Positions 8,949 through 18,047 of a stretch of 64,000 nucleotides of DNA are shown in pieces; position 1 is the stretch's first letter; the number at the start of each line of letters is the position of its first letter. Below the pieces are notes generated by a model that saw only the letters and a list, made by a program, of their open reading frames with translations, was not told the DNA's origin and searched no databases. A program made the translations under genes and the position numbers. The stretch lies in NCBI GenBank assembly GCA_963748015.1, contig CAVVHE010000008.1:608001-672000 (forward strand). The letters are read 5' to 3'. This DNA is from Terriglobia bacterium. Its GTDB lineage: Bacteria > Acidobacteriota > Polarisedimenticolia > Polarisedimenticolales > JAIQFR01.

Positions 8949-10136
8949 ATGAAGTACGCGATCCTGCTTCCCGACGGCGCCGCCGATCAGCCGCTGGCCG
9001 AGCTGGGCGGGCGGACGCCGCTCGAGGCGTCGAAGCTGCCCCAAATGGACTGGGTCGCCGCGAACGGGCGGCTCGGCCGCGCCGTGACGATCCCCGACGG
9101 CTTCACGCCGGGGACCGACGTGGGGACGCTCTCGGTGCTCGGTTACGACCCGCACCGGTACTACTCGGGCCGCGCGCCGATCGAGGCGGCCGCGAAGGGG
9201 CTGGCCGTCCGCTCCGACCAGATGATCTTCCGTTGCAACTTCGTGACCGTTCTCGACGGGAAGATGAAGGACAACACCGCGGGGCACATCGCGCAGGAGG
9301 ACGCCGACGCGCTGATCGCGGACCTCGGCCGCGCGCTCGGCGCCGAAGGCTGCGAGTTCCACTCGGGGGTGACCTATCGCCACCTGATGCTCCTCGGCGG
9401 CGCCTCGGAATACTCGCTGCGCTGCGCGCCGCCGCACGACATCATCGACCAGGAGATCGCGAGGCACGCGCCCGCGGGGACGGGAGCCGACCGGGTGATC
9501 GAGATCACCCGGAAGGCGGACGCGCTGATCGCGGACCACGCCGTGAACCGCAGGCGGCGGGAGAAGGGGAAGGACCCGGTGACCGGCATCTGGCTGTGGG
9601 GCCAGGGGAGGCCGGCGCCGTTCGAGAGCTTCGCATCGCGCTATGGGCCTCGGGGCGCCGTGATCACCGCCGTGGACATCCTGCGCGGCATGGCGCGCCT
9701 CATGGGCATGAAGCTGATCGAGGTCCCCGGCGCGACCGGGTACATCGACACGAACTTCGCGGGAAAGGGAGAGGCGGCCGTCCGCGCCCTCGACGAGTTC
9801 GACCTGGTGATCGTCCACGTCGAGGCGGCCGACGAGGCGGCCCACATGGGCTCCCCATCGGAGAAGGTCAAGGCGCTCGAGCGGATTGACGAGCTGGTCG
9901 CGGGGCCGGTGCTCGCGAAGCTGCGCACCTTCCCCGAGTGGCGCGTCCTCGTGGCCGCCGACCACCCGACCGACTGCGCGTCGCGCGGCCACTCCGCCGT
10001 CCCGCCGCCGTTCTGCTACGCCGGTACGGGGATCGCGCCGAACGGCGGGACCCGCTTCACCGAGACCGCCGCCGACCGCACCGGATTGTGGATGAAGCCC
10101 GGGCACGGCCTGATGGACACCTTCTTCCGGAGCTGA
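8949..10136 (+). CDS. apgM: Cofactor-independent phosphoglycerate mutase, ApgM family
   Basis: LPDGAADQP..LGGRTPLE, PGTDVG, GRAPIEA, HVEAADEAAHMG, AADHPT. Confidence 0.88.
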   Translation: MKYAILLPDGAADQPLAELGGRTPLEASKLPQMDWVAANGRLGRAVTIPDGFTPGTDVGTLSVLGYDPHRYYSGRAPIEAAAKGLAVRSDQMIFRCNFVTVLDGKMKDNTAGHIAQEDADALIADLGRALGAEGCEFHSGVTYRHLMLLGGASEYSLRCAPPHDIIDQEIARHAPAGTGADRVIEITRKADALIADHAVNRRRREKGKDPVTGIWLWGQGRPAPFESFASRYGPRGAVITAVDILRGMARLMGMKLIEVPGATGYIDTNFAGKGEAAVRALDEFDLVIVHVEAADEAAHMGSPSEKVKALERIDELVAGPVLAKLRTFPEWRVLVAADHPTDCASRGHSAVPPPFCYAGTGIAPNGGTRFTETAADRTGLWMKPGHGLMDTFFRS

Positions 10137-10149
10137 GGCGCAGAAAGCC

Positions 10150-11142
10150 GTGAAACCGCGCGTCCTGATCCTCCATACCGGCGGCACGCTGGGCATGCGC
10201 CCGCGGGAGCCGGACCACGCGCTGGCCCCGGACGAATTCGGCAACACGATCCTCGAGCACGTCCCCGAGATCGCGAAGATCGCGGACGTCGAGGCGCGGG
10301 TCTTCTCGAACATCGACTCGTCGGACGTGAACTGCTCGCTCTGGATGGCGCTCGCCGGCGAGGTCGCCGCCGACATCGAGCGCTACGCCGGGGTCGTGAT
10401 CACGCACGGCACGGACGCGATGGCGTACACCGCGTCCGCGCTCTCCTACGTCCTGCGCGACCTGCCGCGACCCGTGATCCTGACCGGCGCGCAGCGGCCG
10501 ATCTCCGACCCGCACTCCGACGGGCGGGGGAACCTGGTGGGGGCGGTGGAGCTGGCGTCGCGGCCGATCCCCGAGGTGGGGATCTACTTCGACGGGATGC
10601 TCCTGCGCGGCAACCGCACGATGAAGCGTAGCTCGTTCTCGTACGCCGCGTACCGCTCGCCGAACTTCCCGCCGCTCGCCGAGATCGGGATGGAGGTGAA
10701 GCTGCACGTCGATCCGCGCACGCCCGGCGGGACCTGCCGAGTCGAGGGCGGCTTCGACTGCCGCGTCGCCGCGCTGCGCCTGCTGCCCGGCCAGCCCGCG
10801 GCGCCCCTCGCGGCGCTTGCGGGCGCTGGAATCGGCGCGGTCCTCGTGCAGGCTTACGGCGTCGGGAACTTCCCCGTGGTGGACCGCGGCCTGACCGACG
10901 CGGTGAGGACGCTGACCGACGCGGGGATCGTCGTCGCCATCGGCTCGCAGTCCATGCACGGGCGCGTGGACATGTCGCGTTACGCGGGAGGGCGGTTGGC
11001 GATGGAGGCCGGGGCGGTCGGCACCGGCGACATGACCGTCGAGGCCGCCGCGGTCAAGCTGATGCATCTCCTCGCCACGAGCGGCGGCCCCGCCGAGGTG
11101 CGGGAGCGCCTCCTCGTCCCGATCGCGGGCGAGGTGAGCTGA
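10150..11142 (+). CDS. ansA: L-asparaginase type I
   Basis: [42 protein letters not shown]. Confidence 0.9.
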   Translation: MKPRVLILHTGGTLGMRPREPDHALAPDEFGNTILEHVPEIAKIADVEARVFSNIDSSDVNCSLWMALAGEVAADIERYAGVVITHGTDAMAYTASALSYVLRDLPRPVILTGAQRPISDPHSDGRGNLVGAVELASRPIPEVGIYFDGMLLRGNRTMKRSSFSYAAYRSPNFPPLAEIGMEVKLHVDPRTPGGTCRVEGGFDCRVAALRLLPGQPAAPLAALAGAGIGAVLVQAYGVGNFPVVDRGLTDAVRTLTDAGIVVAIGSQSMHGRVDMSRYAGGRLAMEAGAVGTGDMTVEAAAVKLMHLLATSGGPAEVRERLLVPIAGEVS

Positions 11143-11156
11143 CCGCGTCGGGTTGC

Positions 11157-12248
11157 GTGAAGGAAACCCGACCCGCACGCAACTCGAGCCCGGGCCTGCC
11201 ACCGAGCGCTACAATCGTCCTCGCCTCCCTCGGAATGCCGATGCCGCCCGACGACAAGCCGCAAGGGCCACGCTGCGTGGACGGGAGTGGGGACCTCGTC
11301 GCTCGCGCCCGGGCGCTGCTTCGGGCCCGTCACTACAGCCCCCGAACCGAGGAAGCGTACGTCCTCTGGATCCGGCGTTTCCTCCGCTTCCGGAAGGGGC
11401 GGCCGGACGGGGCCCCGGTCAAGGACGAGGTCAACACCTTCCTGACGAGCCTCGCCGTGGACTGGCGCGTCGCGTCGCCCACCCAGAACCAGGCCTTGGC
11501 CGCGCTGCTCTTCCTGCATCGCGAGGTGCTCCGTCACGAGCTGCCCGCCCATGACGGCTTCGTGATGGCGCAAGGACGCCGACGCCTGCCCGTCGTCCTG
11601 TCGCGGCAAGAGGTGCGCATGCTGTTCCGCCAGCTCAGCGGGCCGGTGGCCCTGATGGCCCAGCTCCTCTATGGTTCGGGACTCCGGCTCATGGAGTGCT
11701 GCCGCCTCCGCGTCAAGGACGTCGACTTCGACCGAAACGAGATCACCGTCCGGTCGGGGAAGGGGGACAGAGACCGCCGCACCATGCTCCCTGCTTCCGC
11801 GAAGGGGGCGCTCGCCGAGCACCTCGGGCGGGTCAAACGCCTCCACGACGCCGATCTCGGGCAGGGCGCCGGCTGGGTGGAGCTGCCCGGCGCGCTTGGC
11901 CGCAAGTACCCGAACGCCGGCCGCGAGTGGGGATGGCAGTGGGTCTTCCCCGCGACCCGGACGTACATGGAGCCCAGGACGCGCCAGCGCCGGAGGCACC
12001 ACCTGCACGAATCCGCCGTCCAGCGCGCGGTGAGGGAGGCCGTCCTGCGCGCCGGGATTGCCAAGCCGGCATCGTGCCACAGCCTTCGCCATTCCTTCGC
12101 GACACACCTCCTCGAAGACGGCCACGACATCCGTACGGTCCAGGAACTGCTCGGTCACAGCGACGTCTCCACGACGATGATCTATACCCACGTCTTGAAC
12201 CGCGGCGGTCGAGGAGTGGTAAGCCCGGTCGACCGCCTCGATCCGTAG
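11157..12248 (+). CDS. intI: Integron integrase (tyrosine recombinase); true start may be ATG 11235 or 11241
   Basis: [17 protein letters not shown]-like [22 protein letters not shown], IntI patch [49 protein letters not shown]. Confidence 0.97.
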   Translation: MKETRPARNSSPGLPPSATIVLASLGMPMPPDDKPQGPRCVDGSGDLVARARALLRARHYSPRTEEAYVLWIRRFLRFRKGRPDGAPVKDEVNTFLTSLAVDWRVASPTQNQALAALLFLHREVLRHELPAHDGFVMAQGRRRLPVVLSRQEVRMLFRQLSGPVALMAQLLYGSGLRLMECCRLRVKDVDFDRNEITVRSGKGDRDRRTMLPASAKGALAEHLGRVKRLHDADLGQGAGWVELPGALGRKYPNAGREWGWQWVFPATRTYMEPRTRQRRRHHLHESAVQRAVREAVLRAGIAKPASCHSLRHSFATHLLEDGHDIRTVQELLGHSDVSTTMIYTHVLNRGGRGVVSPVDRLDP

Positions 12249-12566
12249 CGATCGGCGAGTCTCTTCCTCCCCGCCGGCGCGGTCGAGCCTACGGGTGCGA
12301 CGAGAGCCGGCCATCCGGCTACGACCGGTGGGGATGGGGAACAACCCACCCGACAAGCGCGGCGCTCTCGCAGCACTGGGTTCGTCCCGGCGCCGAACCC
12401 CGGCGGAAGTGCTTGCGTCCACGACCGGTTGGGCGTAGAAAGCGCACAGGAGCGTTCGTGGCCGGGGCGGTCGCTCCCGCCGCCACCCGAGCCCGGGCAG
12501 GGGTGTCAAGTGCGTTTGCAGGAGACCTTCTGCGCCATAACTCCAGAAAGGTGACCGCCCTTACGT

Positions 12567-12599
12567 GATAACGAAGTTGTGTCGATTAACAAGTTGGGC
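12567..12599 (+). other. Candidate attI, crossover G|TT at 12593/12594
   Basis: GATAACGAAGTTGTGTCGATTAACAAGTTGGGC; GTTGGGCTGCTGG is the 13-bp reverse complement of the end of cassette 1; no attC left arm precedes it. Confidence 0.8.
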
Positions 12600-12659
12600 T
12601 GCTGGACGGGCACGGATTTTGGACGTAAGGTATCCGGGATCCGGAAGGAGCCCACGACC

Positions 12660-12869
12660 TTGAGAACATTCAACTTCGTCGTCGAGCGTGACCCACAGAC
12701 GGGCCTCTTGGTTGGCTACGTCCCCGGCTGGCCTGGTGCCCACACTCAGGGCTCGGATCTCGACGAGCTCCAACAGAACCTCCGCGAAGTCATCGAAATG
12801 CTCCTCGAGGATGGCGAGCCAGTGTTGGAGTCCGAGTTCGTCGATGTTCGGACGATTCAGGTTGCCTAG
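12660..12869 (+). CDS. hicB: Short HicB-family antitoxin (cassette 1)
   Basis: AAGGAG RBS, TTG start; VGYVPGWPGAHTQGSDLDELQQNLREVIEM. Confidence 0.88.
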   Translation: MRTFNFVVERDPQTGLLVGYVPGWPGAHTQGSDLDELQQNLREVIEMLLEDGEPVLESEFVDVRTIQVA

Positions 12870-12871
12870 CC

Positions 12872-13093
12872 GTGGGGTCCGTGCCCGTTCTAAAGCCGCG
12901 CGAGGTAGTCGTACTGCTTGAAGGCCTTGGGTTTCGAGAGGTCCGTCAACGTGGATCTCACAAGCAGTTTCGGCATGCTGATGGACGAACGACAACCGTC
13001 CCCTTTCACGCCGCGCGAGATATTTCCCCGACGCTCTTGCGCAAGATTGCGCGGGATATCGGCCTCACCGTCGAAGAGCTGCTCGGGCGCTGA
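12872..13093 (+). CDS. hicA: HicA-family toxin (cassette 1)
   Basis: LGFREVRQRGSHKQFRH..TTVPFH..LLRKI dsRBD-like pattern. Confidence 0.92.
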   Translation: MGSVPVLKPREVVVLLEGLGFREVRQRGSHKQFRHADGRTTTVPFHAARDISPTLLRKIARDIGLTVEELLGR

Positions 13094-13102
13094 AGGCCAG
13101 CA

Positions 13103-13201
13103 GCCCAACAAGCGCGTGGACCCGGCAGTCCGGCCGGTCACGCCGCGTGCTTTCGCACGCGTCGCGCCCGTCCGGCCTGCGGGTCACGCGCGGCGTTAGC
13201 C
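13103..13201 (+). repeat. attC (99 bp)
   Basis: GCCCAAC...GTTAGCC palindrome. Confidence 0.92.
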
Positions 13202-13220
13202 AGACGATGCGTGCGGCGAC

Positions 13221-13799
13221 ATGAGGAGTATCATTGGGCTGGTCAGCCTTGGTTGCGGGCTCCTTCTCGCCTGCGGCCCAACCGAGTCCCCACCCGAGCC
13301 GCAATCGTTGCGCTGGACCGGCGTGGTGAAGTCGAACCCGGACGCCAATTGCCCGGATGACATGGCGCACGATTGCTCTGAACATGCCCCAAAGCCTCGG
13401 AGTCTCGCCGAAGCTCGTCGACTGCTTTTGTGCACGAATGAGCTCGCCTCGGACTTCAACGGCTGGACGCAAGACCCTCCAGCTCAGGTCTACGCCTTCA
13501 ACGTGATACTCGATCAAAAGAACCCAATCTCCCTGCTTGACGAGTTGTTGGCTGATGCGAAACCTGCTGGCAAACTCTATGCGATCTGTGGGTTGTACCT
13601 CTTGGATCGGGAGCGCTATTGGAATGCACTCAATCGCGTCGAATCAGAAGGTGGAATCCTCGATTTTAGGGACGGGGACATCATTTGGTGCGTCGGCGTT
13701 CGTGAGGCCGCAACTTCGATGATGAATAGCGACTTCCCGAGAAGGCTAAGAGATGCGAAGAAGCGGCAATCGTCAACGGCCTCGACGGACGCTGGCTAA
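13221..13799 (+). CDS. Hypothetical lipoprotein (cassette 2)
   Basis: Lipobox-like LLAC; stop codon TAA inside R''. Confidence 0.75.
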   Translation: MRSIIGLVSLGCGLLLACGPTESPPEPQSLRWTGVVKSNPDANCPDDMAHDCSEHAPKPRSLAEARRLLLCTNELASDFNGWTQDPPAQVYAFNVILDQKNPISLLDELLADAKPAGKLYAICGLYLLDRERYWNALNRVESEGGILDFRDGDIIWCVGVREAATSMMNSDFPRRLRDAKKRQSSTASTDAG

Positions 13800-13892
13800 C
13801 AATCCGTTGGACCCGACGCGTCTCGGCGTCACGCCGCGTGCTTGCGCACGCGTCGCGCCACCGAGCCGCGCGGGTCAACGGAATCGTTGGGC
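13794..13892 (+). repeat. attC (99 bp)
   Basis: GGCTAAC...GTTGGGC. Confidence 0.92.
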
Positions 13893-13907
13893 GGACCGAG
13901 AAAGGCC

Positions 13908-14300
13908 ATGATCGAGCTACGCTGGTTCCTGTTGTTCGCCGTGTCCGGAATCGCGTGCGTGGCATGTGCATCGCGACCCTACGTATTGCCTTTTGGCAAT
14001 GGCGGGCCTGAACCATCGCCGCCTTCGCTCGAAGGACGCATCGGGAAAGTGGGTCCCGAGGAAATAACCGTCGAGGTGAACGGGGTAACCGGAAAGGCCT
14101 TGGATGCGATACCGGTCCGCGTGACAACTGCCACAGAGATCTTCACGGTTTATGGCGGCTACGTGCAACCATCAGCACTGGTCGCAGGCCTGCGAGTCCG
14201 CGTGTGGTTCACGCGACCGAGCAAACCGCGACATGGCAAGGCAGAAGATGCGGCAACGATCATGATTGCCTCGAGGGATCCGAAAGATGATTGGCCGTAG
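13908..14300 (+). CDS. Hypothetical exported or lipoprotein, beta-rich (cassette 3)
   Basis: Hydrophobic N-terminus with VAC; fills the cassette. Confidence 0.7.
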   Translation: MIELRWFLLFAVSGIACVACASRPYVLPFGNGGPEPSPPSLEGRIGKVGPEEITVEVNGVTGKALDAIPVRVTTATEIFTVYGGYVQPSALVAGLRVRVWFTRPSKPRHGKAEDAATIMIASRDPKDDWP

Positions 14301-14306
14301 CAGGCC

Positions 14307-14371
14307 GCCCAACATGGCGTTTCAGGCGACGGTCCGCTGCGCGGCCCGCGCCTGAACGCCGGGCGTTAGAA
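14307..14371 (+). repeat. attC (65 bp)
   Basis: GCCCAAC...GTTAGAA. Confidence 0.9.
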
Positions 14372-14382
14372 GGACGCAGAGA

Positions 14383-14757
14383 ATGACTGGCCCGCATCGC
14401 ATTCCGAAATCTCTAGTCGTTCTCTTTGTCCTGGTGTCTATTTCATGTGGCCCGCAGCTTCGGCTCTACCCGAATGGAAAGACCATCCAAGAGCAGTGCG
14501 GCGTCCGCTATGGGACTGCGGTCACCAGGGAGCAGGCCATCTGTATTGCCACCCTTGGCGGTCTCGACGGCAGTCTGCGCCCCTGGAGAATTGAAGAAAA
14601 CCGACACGGCTCGCCAGACGAGCAGAATTGGGAGGTCTGCAACACTACCGAGCCCGCGCACGGTGGCAGCGGCCCGGCCGGTGACTGCTGGCAGATTCGG
14701 ATACGCGACGGGAAGGTCATCTTCATTGGAACGTGGGAACGCATCACGGTTTACTGA
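14383..14757 (+). CDS. Hypothetical lipoprotein (cassette 4)
   Basis: LVVLFVLVSISC lipobox-like; fills the cassette. Confidence 0.7.
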   Translation: MTGPHRIPKSLVVLFVLVSISCGPQLRLYPNGKTIQEQCGVRYGTAVTREQAICIATLGGLDGSLRPWRIEENRHGSPDEQNWEVCNTTEPAHGGSGPAGDCWQIRIRDGKVIFIGTWERITVY

Positions 14758-14783
14758 GGGACGTCCTGCATGTGGATAGCGCC

Positions 14784-14882
14784 TTCTAACATGCCCATCA
14801 AGCTGACGGTCCACGCCGTCACGGTCCGTGCTTCCGCACGGCCCGCGCCGGCGCGGCCCGCAGCTTATGGCCGACGTTAGGT
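14784..14882 (+). repeat. attC (99 bp)
   Basis: TTCTAAC...GTTAGGT. Confidence 0.92.
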
Positions 14883-14902
14883 CGACAGGGAGAATACGAT
14901 CT

Positions 14903-15358
14903 GTGGGCGTGTCCGCGGTTCCGCTCTGGGCAGGGACGACTCCAAGCGACTTGCGCCGGGCGCTCTGGCGCATCCTCGCGTTCATGTTCATTGCCGGCGG
15001 GTGCGCGGTAATTGCAGACGTGTGCGTCGGGGGGCCTCTCCAGTGGTATCTGTGGGAAGTGTCAGTTGTGCGCCCCGTTGAGGCCCGGTGGGGTTTCCAC
15101 GCCGAGAGACGGCAATATGGTGCTCACGAACTCCTGACGATCATCGAAGTAGCTCCGGGCGGCGCTTTCGATCGGGCGGGAGTCAAACCAGGTTACGTGT
15201 ACAAGCCACGGACCGGATTTGTCATGTGGCCCACTCCGAGATTCCACCGCGACCTCGACGAAGCTGGCGACGAGCAGAAGATCTTGTTGTACACGGACCC
15301 CTTTGATACAGGATCAGGGAGGATCTTCGTCGTTCGGAGAGAACCAGCAGCGACCTAA
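14903..15358 (+). CDS. Membrane-anchored protein with PDZ-like segment (cassette 5; start uncertain)
   Basis: TM helix then LTIIEVAPGGAFDRAGVKPG PDZ-like motif. Confidence 0.6.
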   Translation: MGVSAVPLWAGTTPSDLRRALWRILAFMFIAGGCAVIADVCVGGPLQWYLWEVSVVRPVEARWGFHAERRQYGAHELLTIIEVAPGGAFDRAGVKPGYVYKPRTGFVMWPTPRFHRDLDEAGDEQKILLYTDPFDTGSGRIFVVRREPAAT

Positions 15359-15448
15359 CACTCCGTTTGACCCGACGCGTCTCGGCGTCACGCCGCGTGC
15401 TTTCGCACGCGTCGCGCCGCCAAGCCGCGCGGGTCAACGGAATAGTTA
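15353..15448 (+). repeat. attC interrupted in R' by IS630 (restored core GTTAGCC)
   Basis: ACCTAAC...GTTA|IS|(TA)GCC. Confidence 0.9.
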
Positions 15449-15474
15449 TTGAAGCCTGCGTAAATAATGTCCTA

Positions 15475-16056
15475 TCATAGGCGCAAAGAGAGACGCCCGT
15501 GGCGAATGAAGGAGCGGAGAAGACCCTGGCGACGCTGGAGCCGACGGGCATGACGACAGGCCATTGTGGCGAGGTCGTTCGCGTTCTCGGGGGCGAAGTT
15601 CGCCAAGGGGTTGCGCTTTAAGTGGCTCCAGACGAGCTCCACCGGGTTGAGTTCCGGAGCGTACGGCGGCAGCCATTCCACTTGGAGGCGATGGCAACGA
15701 CGGCGGAGCCGAGCGACCGCCGCGCTTTTGTGGACGTTCAGGCGATCCCACACCAGCAGAACGGGTCCACGCAGGTGGCGGAGGAGATCTCGGAGGAAGT
15801 GGACCATCCAGGAGCCATCGACGTTCAGGTTCGAGGCGAGAGAAAAGTAAAGTCCTACCTTTCGGCGGGCCGGGGAGACGGACAGCACGGCGATGACGGA
15901 CGCCTTCTCACGGTGCCGACCGCACTGAAGGAGGACCGGTGTCTGGCCTCGGGGCGCCCAGGTAAGACGGACGAGCGGCGCCGTGAGGAAGCCGCTCTCG
16001 TCCAGGAAGACGATATGGGCTTTCAGTCGCGAGGCTTTTTTTTGATGCGCGGCCAT
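15475..16056 (-). CDS. IS630 transposase, DDE part (-1 frame)
   Basis: VFLDESGF, VWDRLNVH, LPPYAPELNPVE. Confidence 0.92.
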   Translation of the reverse strand: MAAHQKKASRLKAHIVFLDESGFLTAPLVRLTWAPRGQTPVLLQCGRHREKASVIAVLSVSPARRKVGLYFSLASNLNVDGSWMVHFLRDLLRHLRGPVLLVWDRLNVHKSAAVARLRRRCHRLQVEWLPPYAPELNPVELVWSHLKRNPLANFAPENANDLATMACRHARRLQRRQGLLRSFIRHGRLSLRL

Positions 16057-16532
16057 TCGACCTTGACCCAGCGTCGAATGGCCTCTTCATCCCGCTCGCG
16101 GGCACGACGCTCCGGCTTCTGGGGCGTCCAACCCAGGGCGCGGAGCAGGCGGCCGATATGGTCCACGTGATACCGCGTGCCGTACTCGCGCCGGATCAGT
16201 TCGGCCACCCGGGGGCACGTCCACAGGTCGGTAGGGAAACCGCATGCTTTCGCGCCGCGCAGCAGCGACCGCTCGAGTCCGTCTCGTGCTCGAGCGTCGA
16301 GCTTGGGCGGCCGGCCCGGCGTCGGCTTCGCTGCGAGACCCTTCCGTCCTTCCTGGTCGTGGCTGGCTCTCCACCGACGCACCGACCGCCGGTCCACACC
16401 GAGACGGCGAGCGACCTCCACCGGCTGGAAGCCGTCTTTGAGAAGCGTGATGGCCTGAAGGCGTCGGCGTTCGAGATCTTCCGGGCTACCCGAAGGTCTC
16501 ATGTCCTGTCCTCCGAGAAGAGGATAGGACAT
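16023..16532 (-). CDS. IS630 transposase, N-terminal HTH part
   Basis: EVARRLGVDRRSVRRW, GRPPKL, LWT, LGWTPQKP; A8G run at 16043-16035. Confidence 0.9.
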   Translation of the reverse strand: MSYPLLGGQDMRPSGSPEDLERRRLQAITLLKDGFQPVEVARRLGVDRRSVRRWRASHDQEGRKGLAAKPTPGRPPKLDARARDGLERSLLRGAKACGFPTDLWTCPRVAELIRREYGTRYHVDHIGRLLRALGWTPQKPERRARERDEEAIRRWVKVEWPRIKKKPRD

Positions 16533-16585
16533 TCGTTATGCAGGAGTCAATAGCCCGACATGAACTACATGCCCGAAGGAAAGAG

Positions 16586-17029
16586 GTGGTGATCCCCGGA
16601 GTTGCTCTCGATCCCGAGACCGAGCGCGATGTCTGGCGAGCGTTCGAGGGGTGGGCCGATCATTTCCGTGCTCAACTCGCTTCCGAAGGGTTACCCGGGT
16701 TGCTCGCCGACTACGAAGCGCTTATTCGATCCGTTGAAACGCAGAGCTGCGAGCACGTGCCGGGTAAACGCAACACGGGCGCGATGTGGCGGTCGTGCTG
16801 CGGAATGAGCGAAGAGTATCTTAACGATCTCAGCGTCAGAGATGCGCTTCAGATTATTCTCGACTTCGCAACGCGGCCGGAGGTAGACCGCTTGATGCGG
16901 TTGATTGAACCACTCGACGCTCGGTTGAAAGTCCAACTATTTGCCTCGGCCGAATCCGGTGCTGGTGGAGCAGGTGGCGATTCACGCGCCTGGTGGCACG
17001 CAAAGCTGCCGGACGTACTCCAGCCATGA
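16586..17029 (+). CDS. Hypothetical protein, immunity-protein-like (cassette 6)
   Basis: EEYLNDLSVRD...LDARL...WWHAKLP; fills the cassette. Confidence 0.65.
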   Translation: MVIPGVALDPETERDVWRAFEGWADHFRAQLASEGLPGLLADYEALIRSVETQSCEHVPGKRNTGAMWRSCCGMSEEYLNDLSVRDALQIILDFATRPEVDRLMRLIEPLDARLKVQLFASAESGAGGAGGDSRAWWHAKLPDVLQP

Positions 17030-17039
17030 CCCAACGGCG

Positions 17040-17137
17040 GGCTAACTACTGGCTCAAGCTGACGGTCCGCCCCGTCACGGGCCTTGCTTGCGCAAGGCCC
17101 GCGCCGGCCCGGCCCGCAGCTTAGCCGTGCGTTAGAC
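17040..17137 (+). repeat. attC (98 bp)
   Basis: GGCTAAC...GTTAGAC. Confidence 0.92.
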
Positions 17138-17167
17138 ATCACGAAGACGGGCGCCGACCCGAAGCGG

Positions 17168-17173
17168 TATAAT
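17168..17173 (+). promoter_or_regulatory. Candidate -10 box of the TA cassette promoter
   Basis: Perfect TATAAT 33 bp before the antitoxin ATG; -35 not obvious. Confidence 0.5.
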
Positions 17174-17206
17174 GATGCCAGCCTCCTCGAGAAAGGGAGT
17201 CGCGCC

Positions 17207-17404
17207 ATGAAAGGGGTCCAGTATTTGGTCGACGACGATGGCGAACGAACTGCTGTCGTCATTGATCTGAAGCGGAATCGGGCGCTGTGGGAAGATTTCT
17301 TCGACCGCGCGTTGGCCGAATCGCGACGCGGCGAGCCGCGTGAATCTCTTGCGTCCGTGCGCCGGCGTCTAGCCCGCCGCAACGGCCGTCGTGTCCGTGC
17401 CTAG
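17207..17404 (+). CDS. Putative antitoxin (cassette 7)
   Basis: MKGVQYLVDDDGERTAVVIDL...WEDFFD; overlaps the relE-like toxin. Confidence 0.75.
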   Translation: MKGVQYLVDDDGERTAVVIDLKRNRALWEDFFDRALAESRRGEPRESLASVRRRLARRNGRRVRA

Positions 17405-17657
17405 CTACCGCGTCGTCCTTGCTCGGTCAGCCCGCAAAGAACTCGAACGTCTGCCCGGAACGGTATCAGGTCGAGTTCTTGACGTGCTGGAACGGCTCGA
17501 AAATCAACCACGCCCCAACGGGTCGAAGAAGCTGCGCGGCGCCGAAGATCTTTGGCGAATCCGGGTTGGTGTCTATCGAGTGATTTACTCAATCTCCGAT
17601 GGCGCCCGGCTAGTTGTTGTGCTCGTGATTCGACACCGACGAGACGTGTACCGGTAG
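17391..17657 (+). CDS. relE: RelE/ParE-family toxin (cassette 7)
   Basis: YRVVLARSARKELERL...PRPNGSKKLRG..WRIRVGVYRVIY..IRHRRDVYR. Confidence 0.92.
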   Translation: MSVPSYRVVLARSARKELERLPGTVSGRVLDVLERLENQPRPNGSKKLRGAEDLWRIRVGVYRVIYSISDGARLVVVLVIRHRRDVYR

Positions 17658-17665
17658 GGCGTGAT

Positions 17666-17764
17666 GTCTAACTGCCGCATGCAGGCGACGGTCTGTGCTT
17701 TCACGGCCCGTGCTTGCGCACGGTCCGCGCCAGCACAGCCCGCGCCTGATGCGCGACATTAGGT
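17666..17764 (+). repeat. attC (99 bp) with non-canonical ATT core
   Basis: GTCTAAC...ATTAGGT. Confidence 0.85.
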
Positions 17765-17804
17765 TGCCAGAGGAGCGAAGAGACGCCTTCCTTCGGAGCA
17801 ACTC

Positions 17805-18047
17805 GTGGAACTGAGAATCCTGGGAGAGATCCGCGATGTGCAGACGATCGCCACGGGTCCCCGCATCCGTGAACTCGATAGGCTTCGGCGCATCTATGGC
17901 CCCGGCAGGTGGCGCAAGATGAAGGGGATTGCCAGGGTCCAACTTCCGGATGGCACCCAGGCGTGGGCCGAGGTACATTGGTACCAAGCCCACGGCGTCG
18001 GCCGCAAGGAGTTCAAGGTCAAGCGCCTGATGGGTGAACAGATATGA
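17805..18047 (+). CDS. Basic 80-aa hypothetical protein, putative toxin (cassette 8)
   Basis: GRWRKMKGIARV...AEVHWYQAHGVGRKEFKVK; ATGA-coupled to next gene. Confidence 0.75.
   Translation: MELRILGEIRDVQTIATGPRIRELDRLRRIYGPGRWRKMKGIARVQLPDGTQAWAEVHWYQAHGVGRKEFKVKRLMGEQI

Larger units (their letters stand above)
15449..16550 (-). mobile_element. IS630-family insertion sequence, 1102 bp, TA target duplication
   Basis: 28-bp imperfect TIRs TTGAAGCCTGCGTAAATAATGTCCTATC and TTGACTCCTGCATAACGAATGTCCTATC; TA at 15447-48 and 16551-52. Confidence 0.93.

Noticed and set aside
11142..11240. LexA box upstream of intI
   Set aside because: No CTGT-N8-ACAG or other clear SOS palindrome seen; the lineage-specific motif is unknown.
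12510..12545. Pc promoter TTGCAG...CATAAC upstream of attI
   Set aside because: Spacing is too short and the -10 is poor; cannot be supported.
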